From Schmidtea polychroa (lineage: Eukaryota), in the NCBI GenBank assembly GCA_044892525.1, contig CM097886.1, forward strand, positions 16,554,001 to 16,618,000: a stretch of DNA of 64,000 nucleotides. Direction: 5' to 3'. Below the pieces are notes generated by a model. That model made no database searches. It had not been told where the DNA came from and worked only from the letters and a program-made list of their open reading frames with translations. Shown one piece after another: positions 1 through 14,329 of the stretch (the first letter of the stretch is position 1; each line of letters starts with the position of its first letter). The position numbers and the translations under genes were made by a program.

Positions 1-57
<57 letters not shown>
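1..57. repeat. (ATT)n microsatellite
   Basis: Pure ATT run from the window start. Confidence 0.95.
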
Positions 58-1154
58 GTTGTTATCATCGTCTCCATCATCATAATTCTAATGATCAAAC
101 GTTTTTCCAAATAAGTTTAACAAATCAAAAATCAAAAATCAAAATAAATATATTCTTGATCTTAAGTCAAAGTATACTTTGCTCTGTAAATGTGTTTTTT
201 TGAATTTTCAAATTGAGAAAATTATTCTATGGTCTGTTTCTAACCTAACGAAATTTATCTGAAATTATTTATCACAGAAATTGTTATTTTAAATTTTAAA
301 ATTACCTTTCATGAACTGAATTTTATGTATTGTATGTCTGAATGTCAAAGGTGCGATATTGTGTTATTTATGCATGTGTGTATCTTGGTCAAGATACTTA
401 CAATATAATTTCTTCCTCCTGAGGTATAATCAGTTTCTAGTAATACTAAATCCTATGTCTCCAAAGTCTTCTAACAAACTATGTTTTAATATTTTTCTAC
501 ATTATATTATATTTTTATAAGAACTTTCTTCAATTTTCATCTCTGATTTCTTTTCAGTTGACATTGTATTTATTAAAAAAATTACTAAGATATTTTTAAT
601 ATATTATATTTTTCTAAATTTTATAAATATTTCAATTATTTAATTTATAAGAAATTAAAAGATTAAATTTTAAGCACTGTAAGTAATATTTATTTAATTA
701 ATAAATCATTTAAATTTATATAATTATGCTTTTATTAAATTCAAAATTCGAGAGAAATTATTTTATCTTATTTAAATTTAAATATCCTAAATAAATTTCT
801 TTTTTACAAAGCAAATTCTTAAACATAGCTGTTAATTGAAATTACAAATAAATTAATTATTCAAGTAAATTGTTAATGAGAAATTATTTAATATTTGTTA
901 AAACGAACTGAAGTGATGAAATAAAATACTTAATAAATCATATCAAAGAAATTATTAATTTTTTTATGTTATTCCAGATAATAAAATTTTATTAGGGAAA
1001 TATTGATGACAGCGCAATTTTTCCAAGAACATATTATATTTATTATAAATAAAATTATATTATATATTATATTGGAAATTTATTTTTCTATTTATTAATA
1101 TATTCTTGAAAACACTCTTGAATAAAGTTAAATCTTTTTTAATATTACGATGAT

Positions 1155-1540
1155 CAGTGGCGTAACTAGTGGACGCAGGACTCTGCGTTGTGGGGGCCCA
1201 CCAACTATAGGGTGCCCAAAATTATTACTAAAAAAATATTTACAATCATTTTCTGAAACTTTTTTCCCGCCGTTATATTTGCCTACAAACATAAAACTAT
1301 CATTGAATAGCGGTTGCTGTGAATAACTATGTATTAAACTTTAACCGAAAATTTTTTTTGCCAATATGAAGGCAAGGAGGAAAGATTTTAATATTTAAGG
1401 TCCATTAAGTTTTAGTTTCATTTTTGTATTATTTTTATGATATATGAAATAAATATCTAACTTGTTTTTGTTAAAAAAAAAATTATTGTGGAATTATTTT
1501 ACATTGCGTGGGGAGCCCAAATTTTGAAGTTCCGCCACTG
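1155..1540. mobile_element. hAT-type MITE (386 bp)
   Basis: Ends CAGTGGCGTAACT / AGTTCCGCCACTG (12/13 inverted match). Perfect 8-bp TSD ACGATGAT at 1147-1154 and 1541-1548. Confidence 0.9.
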
Positions 1541-1555
1541 ACGATGATACTTATC

Positions 1556-1873
1556 ATGAAATTTATTCGACCGCCTGAAACATTTGAAATTGGTGATGAC
1601 GTTAATACATATTTTGAAGAAACAGACAAATTCTTTGAACTTACTCAAACATAGGAAGATTACAAAAGGCTAATTTTAAAGGCGTTTTTATCAATGGAAG
1701 CAACTCGGAAATTTGACCAAACCGATGCTGAATTACACTACAAAATGAGAATCCAAACTGCTTTTATAAAAACACAAAATTTGGCAAGTAATATCAATGG
1801 TGCTTTATCTTATTCGAGATTAGGAAGGAATACAAGTGATCTCAGGAGATTACCACAACGAACCATTAACTGA
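1556..1873 (+). pseudogene. Decayed Gypsy gag-like fragment
   Basis: Frame MKFIRPPETFEIGDDVNTYFEETDKFFELTQT*EDYKRLILKAFLS resembles a Ty3/gypsy Gag N-terminus. In-frame TAG at 1652. Judged by eye only. Confidence 0.4.
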
Positions 1874-2560
1874 ATATAGATATTATTTTGAGCAATATGT
1901 GTATGAAATTTAATGATTGTGAATGCATATATAATGTGAATGAAGGTCATTTAATTTTCAATACTTTTGATAAAAGTGGGAGTGATTTACTAATAATGAA
2001 TATTTATAATAAAAATAATGATTTAAATGAAAATAAATTGATATTTGGCGTGACACGTCAATGGAAGAAGAAATATGTGAACATATATAATATTAAATCA
2101 AAACATTATAAACATTGTTCCATCAAATATAATCATAGGGTAGGTCGACCTAGTGTAGAAATTGAAATCGATAAAACGAAAATTATGTGTTTTTGTTATA
2201 CTTTAGGTATTTATAACGTCCATAATTCACTTGAAAAAGGCAGTGCCGAAAATTTGTGAGTATCAAAAAACAACGATATATTACTGATTTATAGTCTNNN
2301 NNNNNNNNNNNNNNNNNNNNNNNNNNNNNNNNNNNNNNNNNNNNNNNNNNNNNNNNNNNNNNNNNNNNNNNNNNNNNNNNNNNNNNNNNNNNNNNNNNNN
2401 NNNNNNNNNNNNNNNNNNNNNNNNNNNNNNNNNNNNNNNNNNNNNNNNNNNNNNNNNNNNNNNNNNNNNNNNNNNNNNNNNNNNNNNNNNNNNNNNNNNN
2501 NNNNNNNNNNNNNNNNNNNNNNNNNNNAAAATTAAATTATTGAATGGATTTTTCATTCAG

Positions 2561-2969
2561 TTATACTCTACAATGCGTCCTGCCAGTAAATTATTTCGTC
2601 GAAAAAGTTTACGTCTTCCTTTGGTTCTGGTTTATAATTTTAGGAGTTTTAACCACAATAAGTACAGCGCAGTGGATTGCGAACGTATGCATCCCGCCAT
2701 GGAGAGTCCAATTCATTAGACAATATCTCAAAGCTCTCAAAGTTATCTCAGGACCAGAGGAAAAAGACTGTAGTAGATTCGTGAATAAAAAACTTGGCTG
2801 TGATGGAATTTTCTTGTTACATTCGGTCAGTAAATTGTCAAGTGATCTAATAGCTCTAGATGTAGCCGGGCATTTGTGGCAGAATTTTAAAATGGCCAAA
2901 TCTCAAGGGAATGAAGTAGATTTGAATAATTTGATACAGTCGATACATAGAGGGCCAAATGTAGTGTGA
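2561..2969 (+). CDS. inx: Innexin (gap junction protein), terminal coding exon
   Basis: Acceptor tttcattcag at 2560, then YTLQCVLPVNYFVEKVYVFLWFWF (innexin EL2 Cys and TM4 motif) and the C-terminal GCDGIFLL...LWQNF pattern. Stop TGA at 2967-2969. Upstream exons were not identified. Confidence 0.92.
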
Positions 2970-5475
2970 ATGAAATTGCATTAACTTCTTGCTGTATTTC
3001 ATATTATATGTAGATTTTAATAAATCTTTTCCTTGTTTATTTTCCAATTTATTCTCGGTAAATTAGGCGATAGCTTTTACTCAGTTATTATTGATCTCTT
3101 TCGTAATCAAAATAAATGAAATATTCAAAGAAAACAGATCAAAAGTGAACAATAAAAATAATAACAATGTCTTTGATTAATACGAAAGTAAACAATATTA
3201 TTTTTGGAGTTGTATAAAAATTCACAAATAAAAGTGCAAAAATTCAAAGTCGAAGAAGGTAAAACCTGAAAGCTTGAATTAAAAATAAAATGAATTCTGT
3301 AGTTCCTCAAACATGCATATTAATTTTATTTATTAAGTTTTTTTTAATTAATTAAATTAGAATTTACAAATGCATTATCGATATAATATACAAAAAACGA
3401 CTTTTTTTAAATATTTACATTTTACATCGCTACTTTTATGCAAAACTCTGTAATTTTATCAATTTGTCAAAAATCTATTTCATTTTAGCATATATTAATT
3501 CAAATATAAATTCAATTTTACAACCATCAACGACGGCTTGTTGAACACGGAATGGTTTCTCCTCTATGCATGATTGAATCTGCACCAATCTTAATGTTCT
3601 TCATATATTTCTGTATTGTCAGTATTCGAAGTTCATCTAACGGAAATATAAGATCGCATTTCAAGAGTCAATATGACAATCCACGATACATTGGCTTGTT
3701 GAACATGACTCTGCTGGAAATACCAGATCTCAAATTTGAAAAAATAGATCAAACCATTTTTTTGTATCATTATCGAGATTGTTATTATATGAATAAGTTT
3801 ATTATATGAATATATTTTTAAATTGTCAGTCTTATGTTCCTACAAATTCAAACTAGAAATCAATATTTAACGTATGGGATAGCTATGCGTGGGTAGCAAA
3901 TGAAAAGTTAAAGACAAATATAGTATTAAAAATTGATGAACAATCCCCAAATAAAGTTATTATATAAATAAAACTATTTGGCTAAGAAATTAATTATTCA
4001 AAAATTTTGCTAGTAATCCCCAATTACTCAGGTCTCGGATCAGAGATTGTAGTTTTGGGAACACCTGTTTTAGACGTGATCATCCGATTATGAACGATAA
4101 TTACCAGCTAAAATTCAGGTATTAATTGTACAATAAGTTGTCACCGAACCGTATATAAGTAGAAGCATTAACAAAATGGGACACGCCAGGACACAAATAA
4201 ATAAAAGAAATTGGATCGACGAAACAGTTTAAAGAATCCAGGAACTGAAAGGAGAATAAATATACTATAGAGAAGTTAGACTGTTGAGATCTTATATTTT
4301 GCTTAAATCATAAAACGTTAAAAGCGCCATTACATAGTTTACCTTTCGTAAACCTACTCAATTATTTTTATCAAAATTGAATTTGGTTATAAAATTACAG
4401 ATTTTATGAAATTGTGATATAAAGAAAATAAACTTTTCTATTTGTTGGGTTCTGTGTGATTTAATCGAAGGGACTCACGGAATCAGGTAATCAGATCCTT
4501 TCGGGACGGAACATTTTATAATAAACCCAACATTATGATACAGATAAAAAAAATGTTTTTTACGAAGAAAATAAAAGCCACAAACAAATCAATTATAATA
4601 TCAAATTTACTAAAGAAAATCTTTTAAAAATCGTTTTAAGAAATGTCTTCGTGAGTTCTAAAACTCAAAGGAAAATTCTTGAAAACATAAGCACGCAATA
4701 ATACCCGTAATTAAAGATCAACATATTGATTTGGAGAAATATAATGGAAAGTGGATATGTCTAACAGGCGTGAAACGCATGCACTCCCCCACGAGGTCGC
4801 ATCAAATATCACATTTTTTGGTGTAGTTCATTGTTTTAGGTTTGAGTCCTGGTGTTGTCGCCATGTTAATTGTTATACTTTTAGTATTTATAACGTCCAT
4901 ATTTAAATACAAATATTTAATAAATTCTAAACAATTCAATTTGTTTCTAATATTCAAACAAATTTCCACGAAAACCTTTTTTTCAAAGTTAAATAATGTA
5001 AGAATAAAGAATTTGTATACCACATCAATTCACAATATACATTCATTTAATATTTTACTTTACTTAATTTTTTTAATTATTTATTTAATTAATTAATTCA
5101 ATTATATTCTCACTCTACCGATGAGAGTCAAATAAGAATGAAACTAGTCTGACATTAGAAAGTGCATTGAATACTACTTTTTAAAACTATACTTCTTAAT
5201 TTTATAAAATTGTAAATGTGTGAATGAGATGTTGTAAATTTGTGTTTTTTTAAGAAAAAGTAAATAAGGCAATTAGGTATTGAAAGTTATTGTTTGAATT
5301 TATTGTGTCAGTAATATCAAAATATTATTNNNNNNNNNNNNNNNNNNNNNNNNNNNNNNNNNNNNNNNNNNNNNNNNNNNNNNNNNNNNNNNNNNNNNNN
5401 NNNNNNNNNNNNNNNNNNNNNNNNNNNNNNNNNNNNNNNNNNNNNNNNNNNNNNNNNNNNNNNNNNNNNNNNNNN

Positions 5476-5614
5476 ATAATTTAAGCCTTTTGCTGCAAAT
5501 AATATATTTAATGAAAGAATTTTCGACTATATAAGATAGTCCTTGTCAAGGACTATCTTATAGTCGAAAATTCTTTTATTAAATACATTATTTGCAGCAA
5601 AAGGCTTAAATTAT
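5476..5614. repeat. ~139-bp near-perfect palindrome made of two head-to-head MITE TIR segments
   Basis: ataatttaagccttttgctgc...gtccttg-t-caaggac...gcagcaaaaggcttaaattat. Arms are ~68-70 bp with few mismatches. The same sequence forms the TIRs at 5641/6401 and 55336. Confidence 0.9.
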
Positions 5615-5640
5615 CATTTTATTATTTAAAACAATGAAGT

Positions 5641-6401
5641 GATAATTTATGCCTTTTGCTGCGAATAATGTATTCAATGGAAAAAATTTCGACTATAAGA
5701 TACTCCTGTCAATCTCCTAGAATTTAGCAATCTTCTTCCCGAACATACATTTTTATTTTTATTTTATTTCTTTTTTCTTAGCCAATGGAAACATCCAAAA
5801 AAAATGTCAGATGCAAAGAAGCAGTTCTCATTATAAAAAGAGGGCCAAAAATCAACACTAAAGAAAAAATCAATGAAATCATCAATTTGATATGTTGTGA
5901 ATAACTGATAACCTTGAGAATAACTGATAATATATAAAATATATTAAAAAAATTAAAAAAAGTAATAATTAAAATAATATAGAAATTTTAGGAAATATGC
6001 TTTCAAAAGATAGCAGAAAATCAAAATTGACACATTTATTAAAATATTTAAATCGCGTATATAATTATTGGAGGATTTATTTTATAAATATTTTAAAATA
6101 TTTTATTAAAGTAGGTTTCTAGAGGCTAAATATATAAGATTTAAAAATTTTAGTTGGTGCCATTTTGAATTTTAAGTGATATTTATTTTAATTTTTAATA
6201 AAATTTTTAAAAATTAAGAAAAAGAAAGTATATCATTATATTATATTATATTTATAACCAATGAGAAGTAAGAAAAAGAAATAAAAGAAAGATAGAAATT
6301 TATGTTCAGGAAGAAGATTGCTAAATTTCAGGAGATTGACATGGACTATCTTATAGTGGAAAATTTTTTCATTAAATACATTATTCGCAGCAAAAAGCTT
6401 A
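5641..6401. mobile_element. Long-TIR (foldback-like) MITE, visible part
   Basis: 5641-5745 is the reverse complement of 6303-6401. The right TIR runs into a ~144-nt masked tract. Interior matches 55336-56010 in the opposite orientation. Confidence 0.75.
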
Positions 6402-6949
6402 NNNNNNNNNNNNNNNNNNNNNNNNNNNNNNNNNNNNNNNNNNNNNNNNNNNNNNNNNNNNNNNNNNNNNNNNNNNNNNNNNNNNNNNNNNNNNNNNNNN
6501 NNNNNNNNNNNNNNNNNNNNNNNNNNNNNNNNNNNNNNNNNNNNNTTTTTAACGGGCTCATATTAATCTTTATTTTTCATTGAATAAAATATCACTTATA
6601 TGCAAGTGAACGTGTTTGTTACTTGGCATTGAACAAGAAAAATCAAGTTAAAACAGTAAATCTTTCCTCACCTTTCCTACTTTTCTTAAATTCTTCAAGC
6701 AGATTTATATAGTTCATTCCCAAAACCACGACTGCCTCGGGATCCGATAATTATAAATCATTTGCTGAAACTATTATAGTTGTTATTGTCAATGCAAATA
6801 TTTACGAATTTCGTCAATCTCAGGACATCATTAAAAGAACTACTCAGCGACTAACAGATGGGTACAGAATGTAAATTTATCAAATACATTCGAAACAGAA
6901 ATTGTCACATTTGTAGGTACACTATCATTAGTGGTTCTGTTTACCCTTT

Positions 6950-7790
6950 TGGCTATCCAGACTATCATACCTTAAATATACACATGCAATAGAACGCAGA
7001 ATTTCCCCCCATTAGATCCCATAAGTAATCTCGCATGCTGCCTTTAATAGAAACACATGCCATGGCATCGCCGTCCTCTTCACTCGTTCTACAGGTAAAT
7101 AACCCGAGGCTATAAGTATGAAAATGTTGGAATTCATTTAATGCTGCTAAATTGTCACTCGTGGCTGTTTGTGGAATACAATTCGAAAAATTTCACTACT
7201 ACTACTTGGCCGTTGATGTTGAGTTGATGGTTTTCTGTGAAAAATATTTCCTAGCTACCTGTTTTGCCATTAAAGTGACTCATTATCTCCTATTTAAATG
7301 ATTCTTTCCCAATGTAATTGATGATACTCTTTAATTATGAACAAATTCATTCTTTGACTGTCGGCTTTAATTAGCCTAATCTCCCACGCCTAAATCCCAA
7401 AGTTATTTACCAGATCTCCCAAACACAGATCATAAAATCTCCATCTACAATGGCTAAGTGGATACTACCCGACATTATCCCGAGTTTTGCATTGTTTTCA
7501 CCAGTCGTTTTTTGCCGACTTTCTTTTTTATTTCGCTCTGTTATTTCTGTTGCTTTGGAAAATTGTTTGAAAATTTCAAACGCCATTCATCAAATGAGGA
7601 AGATGGAAAAATTTTCCACTTAAAGGAAAGTTTGTTTTGACACCTGGTAATTGATGCACTGTCACTGAATGTTGAGACTGGAAAATTTGGCAGTGAAATA
7701 ATAATTTTGCTTTTTTTCCGCGAAATTACTATCACGATGCGAGATTCGTAGGTCTTGCAGAATTTTTGCCGTTATATCATTATTTATCGG
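6950..7790 (-). pseudogene. Heavily decayed BEL/Pao-like integrase C-terminal region
   Basis: Broken minus-strand fragments in BEL order: ...KWKIF..., KKKVGKKRL, GQVVVV, EDGDAMACVSIKG. Many stops and frameshifts. Confidence 0.35.
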
Positions 7791-8841
7791 AAAAACAAAT
7801 TTTGTTTCTAAATATATATCTTTTCTAAAATAGAATGGATTAAAACAATAGACCTCTATTAGGTAGTTGGAAACTCAAAAGTCTGGCATTAAACATCAGA
7901 GAAGTTCTGTCTGAGAATTACAAGTAAAGAGTGGCAGAATATAATATCAAACTTGAAATCACAAAGCAGATAATGACAGTGAAGAAAGTCATGATGGGAC
8001 ACCTTTTTCATCACAAATTTTCATCACAAATACATTCATACGAATATTTTGGATAGCTGAGAGAAAAAAGAATATAACTATAATTTAAAATAAAAGAAAT
8101 TACGGCAGAAATATTATCCTTTTTTTACCTTATCCAAAACTTTTACTTCAATAATTACATAAGTTACAATTTTAAAAGGTTTTTTAAAAAAATTTTCTTT
8201 CCACCACTCGATTTTATTGAATGATATTATATTTTTCATTTGTAATTTGATTTCATTTACATTAAATTAACCCAACATATTTGATACCTCTGTACCCAAT
8301 TTTTTGTGGCGCCCCTTAAAAAATTGGGTAACCCCTAAAATCAATATTGTATTTTACACCTAAAAACACGCCAANNNNNNNNNNNNNNNNNNNNNNNNNN
8401 NNNNNNNNNNNNNNNNNNNNNNNNNNNNNNNNNNNNNNNNNNNNNNNNNNNNNNNNNNNNNNNNNNNNNNNNNNNNNNNNNNNNNNNNNNNNNNNNNNNN
8501 NNNNNNNNNNNNNNNNNNNNNNNNNNNNNNNAAATATTTAAATTCAATTCAATTTAATTCAGTTGATAAAATTTAAATAAATAGAAAACATTAAATTATA
8601 AAAAATAATAAAACAAAAATCATTTGGTAAAAGAATATAGAATTACAAAGAAATTTTTCGAGATTTTGATTCATCAAAATTTCGAATATTTCATCACAAT
8701 TAATTTTATCAAACTTATGTGATTTAATTGCCAATTAATTATAAATATTTAATTTTTCTTGTTCTAATGATGACCTAAAATGATTTTTATTCTTTTCATA
8801 GAAAAATTATGGCGGTAATTTGTCAGCACAATGCTTATAAA

Positions 8842-9284
8842 CATGGGCGTCCGCAAGGGAGGGCAAGTGGGGGCACTTGCCATCCCCCCTGAATTTCCCA
8901 AACCATTCTATTTTTCGATTAATTTAAACACATTTTAATAGATGCGCTCAAATAATCTAGGAAAATCTCAAGACAAAAAAATTAATAAAAAAATTTAATT
9001 TAAAGAGGCTTCCTGTTTTTTTAATGTTATTAATTATATCTGGAAATCAATGATTTCAAATCACCTTATTTGTATAAAAACTTTCAATATTAACTGACGT
9101 TCTGGTTTTGAAAAAAGTGTTCTATTTCGTAAATAAACGAAAAAGAAGTCCTATCTTGTATAATGCCCAAATATTTATTATACATATGCATTTTTTTCAG
9201 CTCTCTTCCCCCTTAGAAAAATAGTCTACTTGTTAAAAAAAATATTTTTGCCCCCCTTTGGAAAAATTCCTGCTGATGCCCATG
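8842..9284. mobile_element. hAT-type MITE (443 bp)
   Basis: TIR CATGGGCGTCCGCA / TGCTGATGCCCATG (12/14). Perfect 8-bp TSD CTTATAAA. Same family as 16473-16945. Confidence 0.9.
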
Positions 9285-10180
9285 CTTATAAAATATACGA
9301 TATACTATTTCAATATTAGGAAAATTAGATGCAATTTTAGAATTAATTGTTTTTTGTAACATGGTTTCAGACCTTAACATAGTTTCATCACTATTTTTAG
9401 ATATAATGTTTTTAAAATAAATATTTTTCAATAAAACTTTGCAAAACTCGGGAGCTTTATTCCTTATTTGATTTCCATCTACAAATTTGATATATATCAT
9501 CATGAACTTTTTTTTCTTTAAATTGTTCTGTCATAAGTTTTTCAATAATTTTATAATACAACTGTTATCCGTCAAAAATGACGGAGCAATTTTTGAGTTT
9601 CGATATATTAAAATCCCTGCTGAAAATTTATATTTAATTGTATTCAAAACATATAACCATAAAAGACCTTATTTAATTGAAAAGCTCTTTAATGAAAATA
9701 ATTTTAGTGAATGTTTTCGAGTTATTAAGTAATCGCCCCTGATATTATGTCTCTTTAACTAAAATGATTTTTTAATCTACTTATAATTATAGAGTAGTAT
9801 AAAATATTATTTATCAATTTATTTTATTTAATAGCGTTATATTCATACAGACAGACTGTTTCTTTTTGCATTGACTGGTTATTTCATACTCAACAACCAG
9901 AAAAAACCAGATAGCCTAATTCTTATTTTTTATAATAATAAAAAGATTCTGAGCTTCTCTTCTATTGAAAATATTCTTAAAGAATTCTGCTACACATTCA
10001 TCAATTAAGTTTATTAGTATATTGATAAATTATTATAATTTGAATGATTTAATTCATAAAATAATATTAATAAATAATATAAAAATAAAGAAAAATTAAC
10101 AATTTCATACAAAAAAATAATAAATAAATTCATTAACATTTCTAAATAAAACAATCACAAATTCAAATAAAAAAGACATT

Positions 10181-10440
10181 CTAAAAGTTGTCAAACATTA
10201 TTTTTTGTTCATTCTCATGTTCTGATCTTCTAGGAGGTTGATTAGCCGCGCGATGATTTTTTAAATAATATTCGACATATGGAACTGGTTCGAAATCATT
10301 AAAAGATTTCCCATTTAAACAAATGGACATTAAGTCAGAAACATGTTTTATAGTCAATGACAATCTTTTTATTGTTCGTAAAGCTGAAGGCTCGTTCAGC
10401 CTCAGTGGTACTAACTGCAATAGTGTCCAAGATCTGTAGC
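10181..10440 (-). pseudogene. hAT transposase C-terminal dimerisation-domain remnant (ZNF862-like type)
   Basis: TIAVSTTEAERAFS, a frameshift, then VSDLMSICLNGKSFNDFEPVPYVEYYLKNHRA. Confidence 0.7.
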
Positions 10441-11039
10441 TATCAAATTTAATTCCCTTTGGTTTTTAGGCAGTTGATGGTAAAAAGTATATAACTTATG
10501 AATGATTTAATTCTTTAATATCTTTTTATGAAATCACTTAATGCTAATTGTAAATGATGAGCAACGCGATGTTAAATTATAAAGTTGGGAAATTTTTGTA
10601 GAAGTTTGATAGCAACACCCTATTTGTTTCCTAACATAACACTAGCTCCATCAGAACAAAATGCAATGAAATTATTTTTTAATAACGGATAACTCCAAAT
10701 AGTGTCCCGGACAATATTAAATAGTGTCACCAAAAATATTTAAAAATGACAGGTTCCCATAAAATAGGGACACTATTTGCATTTTATGAATTTTTAATAA
10801 AAATATTGAATAAAAAACAATATAAATTTATTTATCAATTTATTTTATTTAATAGCGTTATATTCATACAGACAGACTGTTCTACTTCAAATTCATCTAA
10901 TTCTTCGGAAACAATTGTTTTATCTGCTAGATCAAATAATTTCCTTTGTAAATATTTTTCATTATATAATTTTTCGTTAGATAAAACACCATTCATTGCT
11001 ATAGGGAAAACATAATAATTCATTTTAGAAATAAGGAAA

Positions 11040-11905
11040 TACATTATTTTTGTGAATCCGATGGATGAGAATGCATGCTCAGATTCGACACTCGTCGGTT
11101 TCACAGTCATTAAAAATGAATGAGCTCTTTCAAAAATTCACCAGTGTACCTTCATTTTTGAATAATGTCATTTCTTTTTGAATATTTTGACAAAAATGTC
11201 TCATCTCTAACTGACTGCATCAGTGATTCTTCTTCTTTAATAACCCGATTGAGTTATTATTCAATACTCAAGGGATTAGTTACGGCCTCAGATACCATTT
11301 CAAGTTCCACAGTAAAATCCAGTGTATCGGACACAAGTGATGCTCGCCCTACAGCAAGATTGGAAACATTTAGTCTTTCGATCCATTCTTCCAAATATTT
11401 TCGTTATTTAAATGAAGAAGCCACTGTAATTATTTCTTCCTCGATTTGAACGTTGCTTTGACCATTACGAAGGCATTGCAGAAGTCCACTCATATCAGTT
11501 TGACGTTCATGCATACGAAGCATTAAAGCTGCATACAATTTCTTGCTTATGCTATTATCGGCATCTTTTTATTTGTTTTGCATAGAATTTATGGCAATTG
11601 TGGTTGTATACAGGCTACCATTCCGACGAAAATGTGCTTGAACCGTTGCTTTTATGAGAACTAGACCTGTAATAATCTCTGATAATATGTAGACTTATAG
11701 AATTATCTTGGATCGGATAAATATCAATGAATGCTTTTTTTATTCAATCTTTTACTTGATAAAATTGTTCAAGCATTGATAAAAAACCTCTCCGCCTTGT
11801 TTTGCAGTCCATTATTAGACATAATTGTTTTCCAAATTCAGTTTTTACATGTGTATGTAATTTGTTGTTCTTGGTAGGTGATCGTCTAAACATTGTTATC
11901 ACTTT
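11040..11905 (-). pseudogene. Decayed hAT transposase
   Basis: MFRRSPTKNNKL...IMDCKTRRRGFLSMLEQF (degenerate D-x-x-TRWNS-x-x-x-MLERF) and VKPTSVESEHAFS (catalytic-E dimerisation motif, degenerate). Multiple stops. Confidence 0.75.
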
Positions 11906-13483
11906 TCGTACCTTTATACCCCATAATGAACTTCAGTTAATTCACATTGAAGTCTTTTATTTTCATCATCGTAGTCCTGTATATATCTTTCCCAATGATA
12001 AGTTAAAAGGTATTTATTTTTTTACAAAATCAATTAATTTTCCACTATTTTTTTACAGTTAAAGTATAGTAATAAATACTTAGAATTCCTTAAAAAATAA
12101 ATACAATAAATACAAAAGAAATCAGTGGTGAAATTTGAAAAAAAGTTCTTATAATATACATATATAGTTTTTAATTGCTCAATAATCTTTCAACTTTTAT
12201 GCAATGTCAATGGAAAATGTAATCAGTTCATAAATAATCAACATAAACAATGAACGGAAAATGAAAAAAACGTTGCTGCATATTTAAATGAAATGTTTAT
12301 AATAAATAATATTAAAAAAATCCCGAAATAATGAGGGGCTCGTAAATTATAAAACACAAAAATTAACAAAGATTATTACAGGGCTTACGAGCCCCGTATA
12401 GCTCATATCCATTATTACTGTTAATATATATATATAGATATTACATTATTAAATATATTACATTATATGTAATATTGGAAAAGTTGTATAGTTTACATAT
12501 TTTCCGTAATTTCTAAACACCTTCGAAGTTTATCTATGGATAAAACGAGGAAATTTTATGAACAACTGGAATCAGAACAAGAATTTTGGAGACTTCAATA
12601 AAAGCTATTTATTTCTGTCATAAATCCATCTAAATCATCAATTTTCAAACCTCTGTACTCCGTCGACCATATTGACATAAAAAAATAACTTTGGGCCTCG
12701 AAAAAAATATTTTATTTTTTATCAATTTTAATTTAAAAAATAATTTTAATAAATCAAAACCTAAAATATAAAACACAAGAGCTAATTTGTAGAAAAAGAC
12801 CTAATAATAATATCCTATGTTCATTAATATAATATAAAATGTAAAAGTTATTAAAGCGGGCAATGACTTCCTATGTTTTACATATGTTATCTCTTCAATT
12901 TTTGTTAAATAAAAAATTACTTCTTTTCAATGTCAGAATTTACTAAAATGTTTAATTCATACTTTTTTCTAATAAATTTATATCTAGCTTATACATGAAG
13001 TGGTAAAGATTTTATATTTTAGGAGTTAAAACTATACGCTTTCTGTAGCATTATTATGTTAGAGTCAACAAGCTAAACTTTCCGAGTTGTAAAGTTTTGT
13101 AATATTATTTAATTTTATATTTTTAGCGCGCATATTAATAAAAATATTAGTTAATAAATTATTGGTGTGTTTACATATCCGATCCTGAAAACGTTTTATT
13201 TATTTATACTCTGCAAAATCAGTAATCGGTAAATAATAATTACGATTGGTCTATTTTAAATGAGTTCAATTTACAATATGCAATCCAAATGATCTAGTCA
13301 CAGAAAATAAATAATATTTTTTTAAAGCAAATTCTTATTAAAATTTTCATTGAAAATTTATATGCAAAATTTACATTTTGAAGAAGACTTCAAATTTTGT
13401 CGTTATAAAGAACGTAATTGTTTTAATTAAGATATATTTTTTGAATAAAGGAAAAGTTAATAATATTTAAAACAAAGAATAAT

Positions 13484-14329
13484 TTATTTTTTTGAAAATA
13501 ATGATATATCTATAAGTGAAGGTGTCATGTTTGAAACAAGAGATGGATTGAAACCTTTCTTCTTCATCATTTGAAGCATGGACATTGTCATCTGATACGA
13601 GTTAGGAGTCATTTGAAACGAGTTTCCAGTATTCATATTATGAAAGAGAGATTTATTGGCTCCTCCATACTGCGATGATCGAAGAAGTGAATCTATTACA
13701 CTGTTATAATAGCAATGACTGCCGAATGCATTCACCGATCCATTGGTGTTGAATGAATGGTTGCTCATTTCATCTTTATTTGTCAAATCTCGAGTTGGAA
13801 AATTCGGGATTTCAAAATTCTGAGGATTTTTGGTGTCGATTTCTGACTCTATTTGTTGTCGTCGTTTCTTTGTCTTATAACGTCTATTTTGAAACCAAAT
13901 TTTTACCTAAATAAGACATTTCAAAATGAATCCGAAAGAAAGAAAACCTTTACGAACTTGATTTTCTGTCAACTTCAAATTTCGAGCCAACTCAGTTCGT
14001 TCGGGTCCGGAAAGATACGTTTGATGACTAAATCGCCTTTCCAATTCATAAACTTGATTATGAGAAAAAGCCGCTCTTGATCGTTTTTTCTTCATTCGTT
14101 CCGAAATGTTTGTTGGCTGAATTTTTTGATGATCAATATTAATGGAGTTCTTTGACACTTCCAAATCGCTATCTGGAATGGGAAATAATCTTTGAAAATT
14201 TATGTTGGAAACTTTACCATTACTGAAATACGATTCCACATCACTGTCAATATTTTCGCTGATGTCGTCATTTTCGTAAGTAGTTTCGCTCAATAAACTC
14301 TCAATTAAAAATGTGCTCTTTCGTAGCAT
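13484..14329 (-). CDS. NKX3-2: NK3/bagpipe homeobox transcription factor, 2 exons (14329-13958, 13906-13484), 264 aa
   Basis: N-terminal eh1/TN motif FLIESLL. Homeodomain [44 protein letters not shown]|[17 protein letters not shown] 51-nt GT..AG intron (13957-13907) sits at the usual NK position and restores the frame to TAA at 13484. Confidence 0.93.

Noticed and set aside
1888-2259. 123-aa ORF as a gene or transposase piece
   Set aside because: Composition matches AT-rich noncoding DNA; only a weak GRP motif, no supporting ends or domains.
12335-12395. 11-bp inverted repeat GGGGCTCGTAA/TTACGAGCCCC as a terminator or ncRNA
   Set aside because: The 39-nt AT spacer and eukaryotic context make a transposon subterminal motif more likely; there is no further support.
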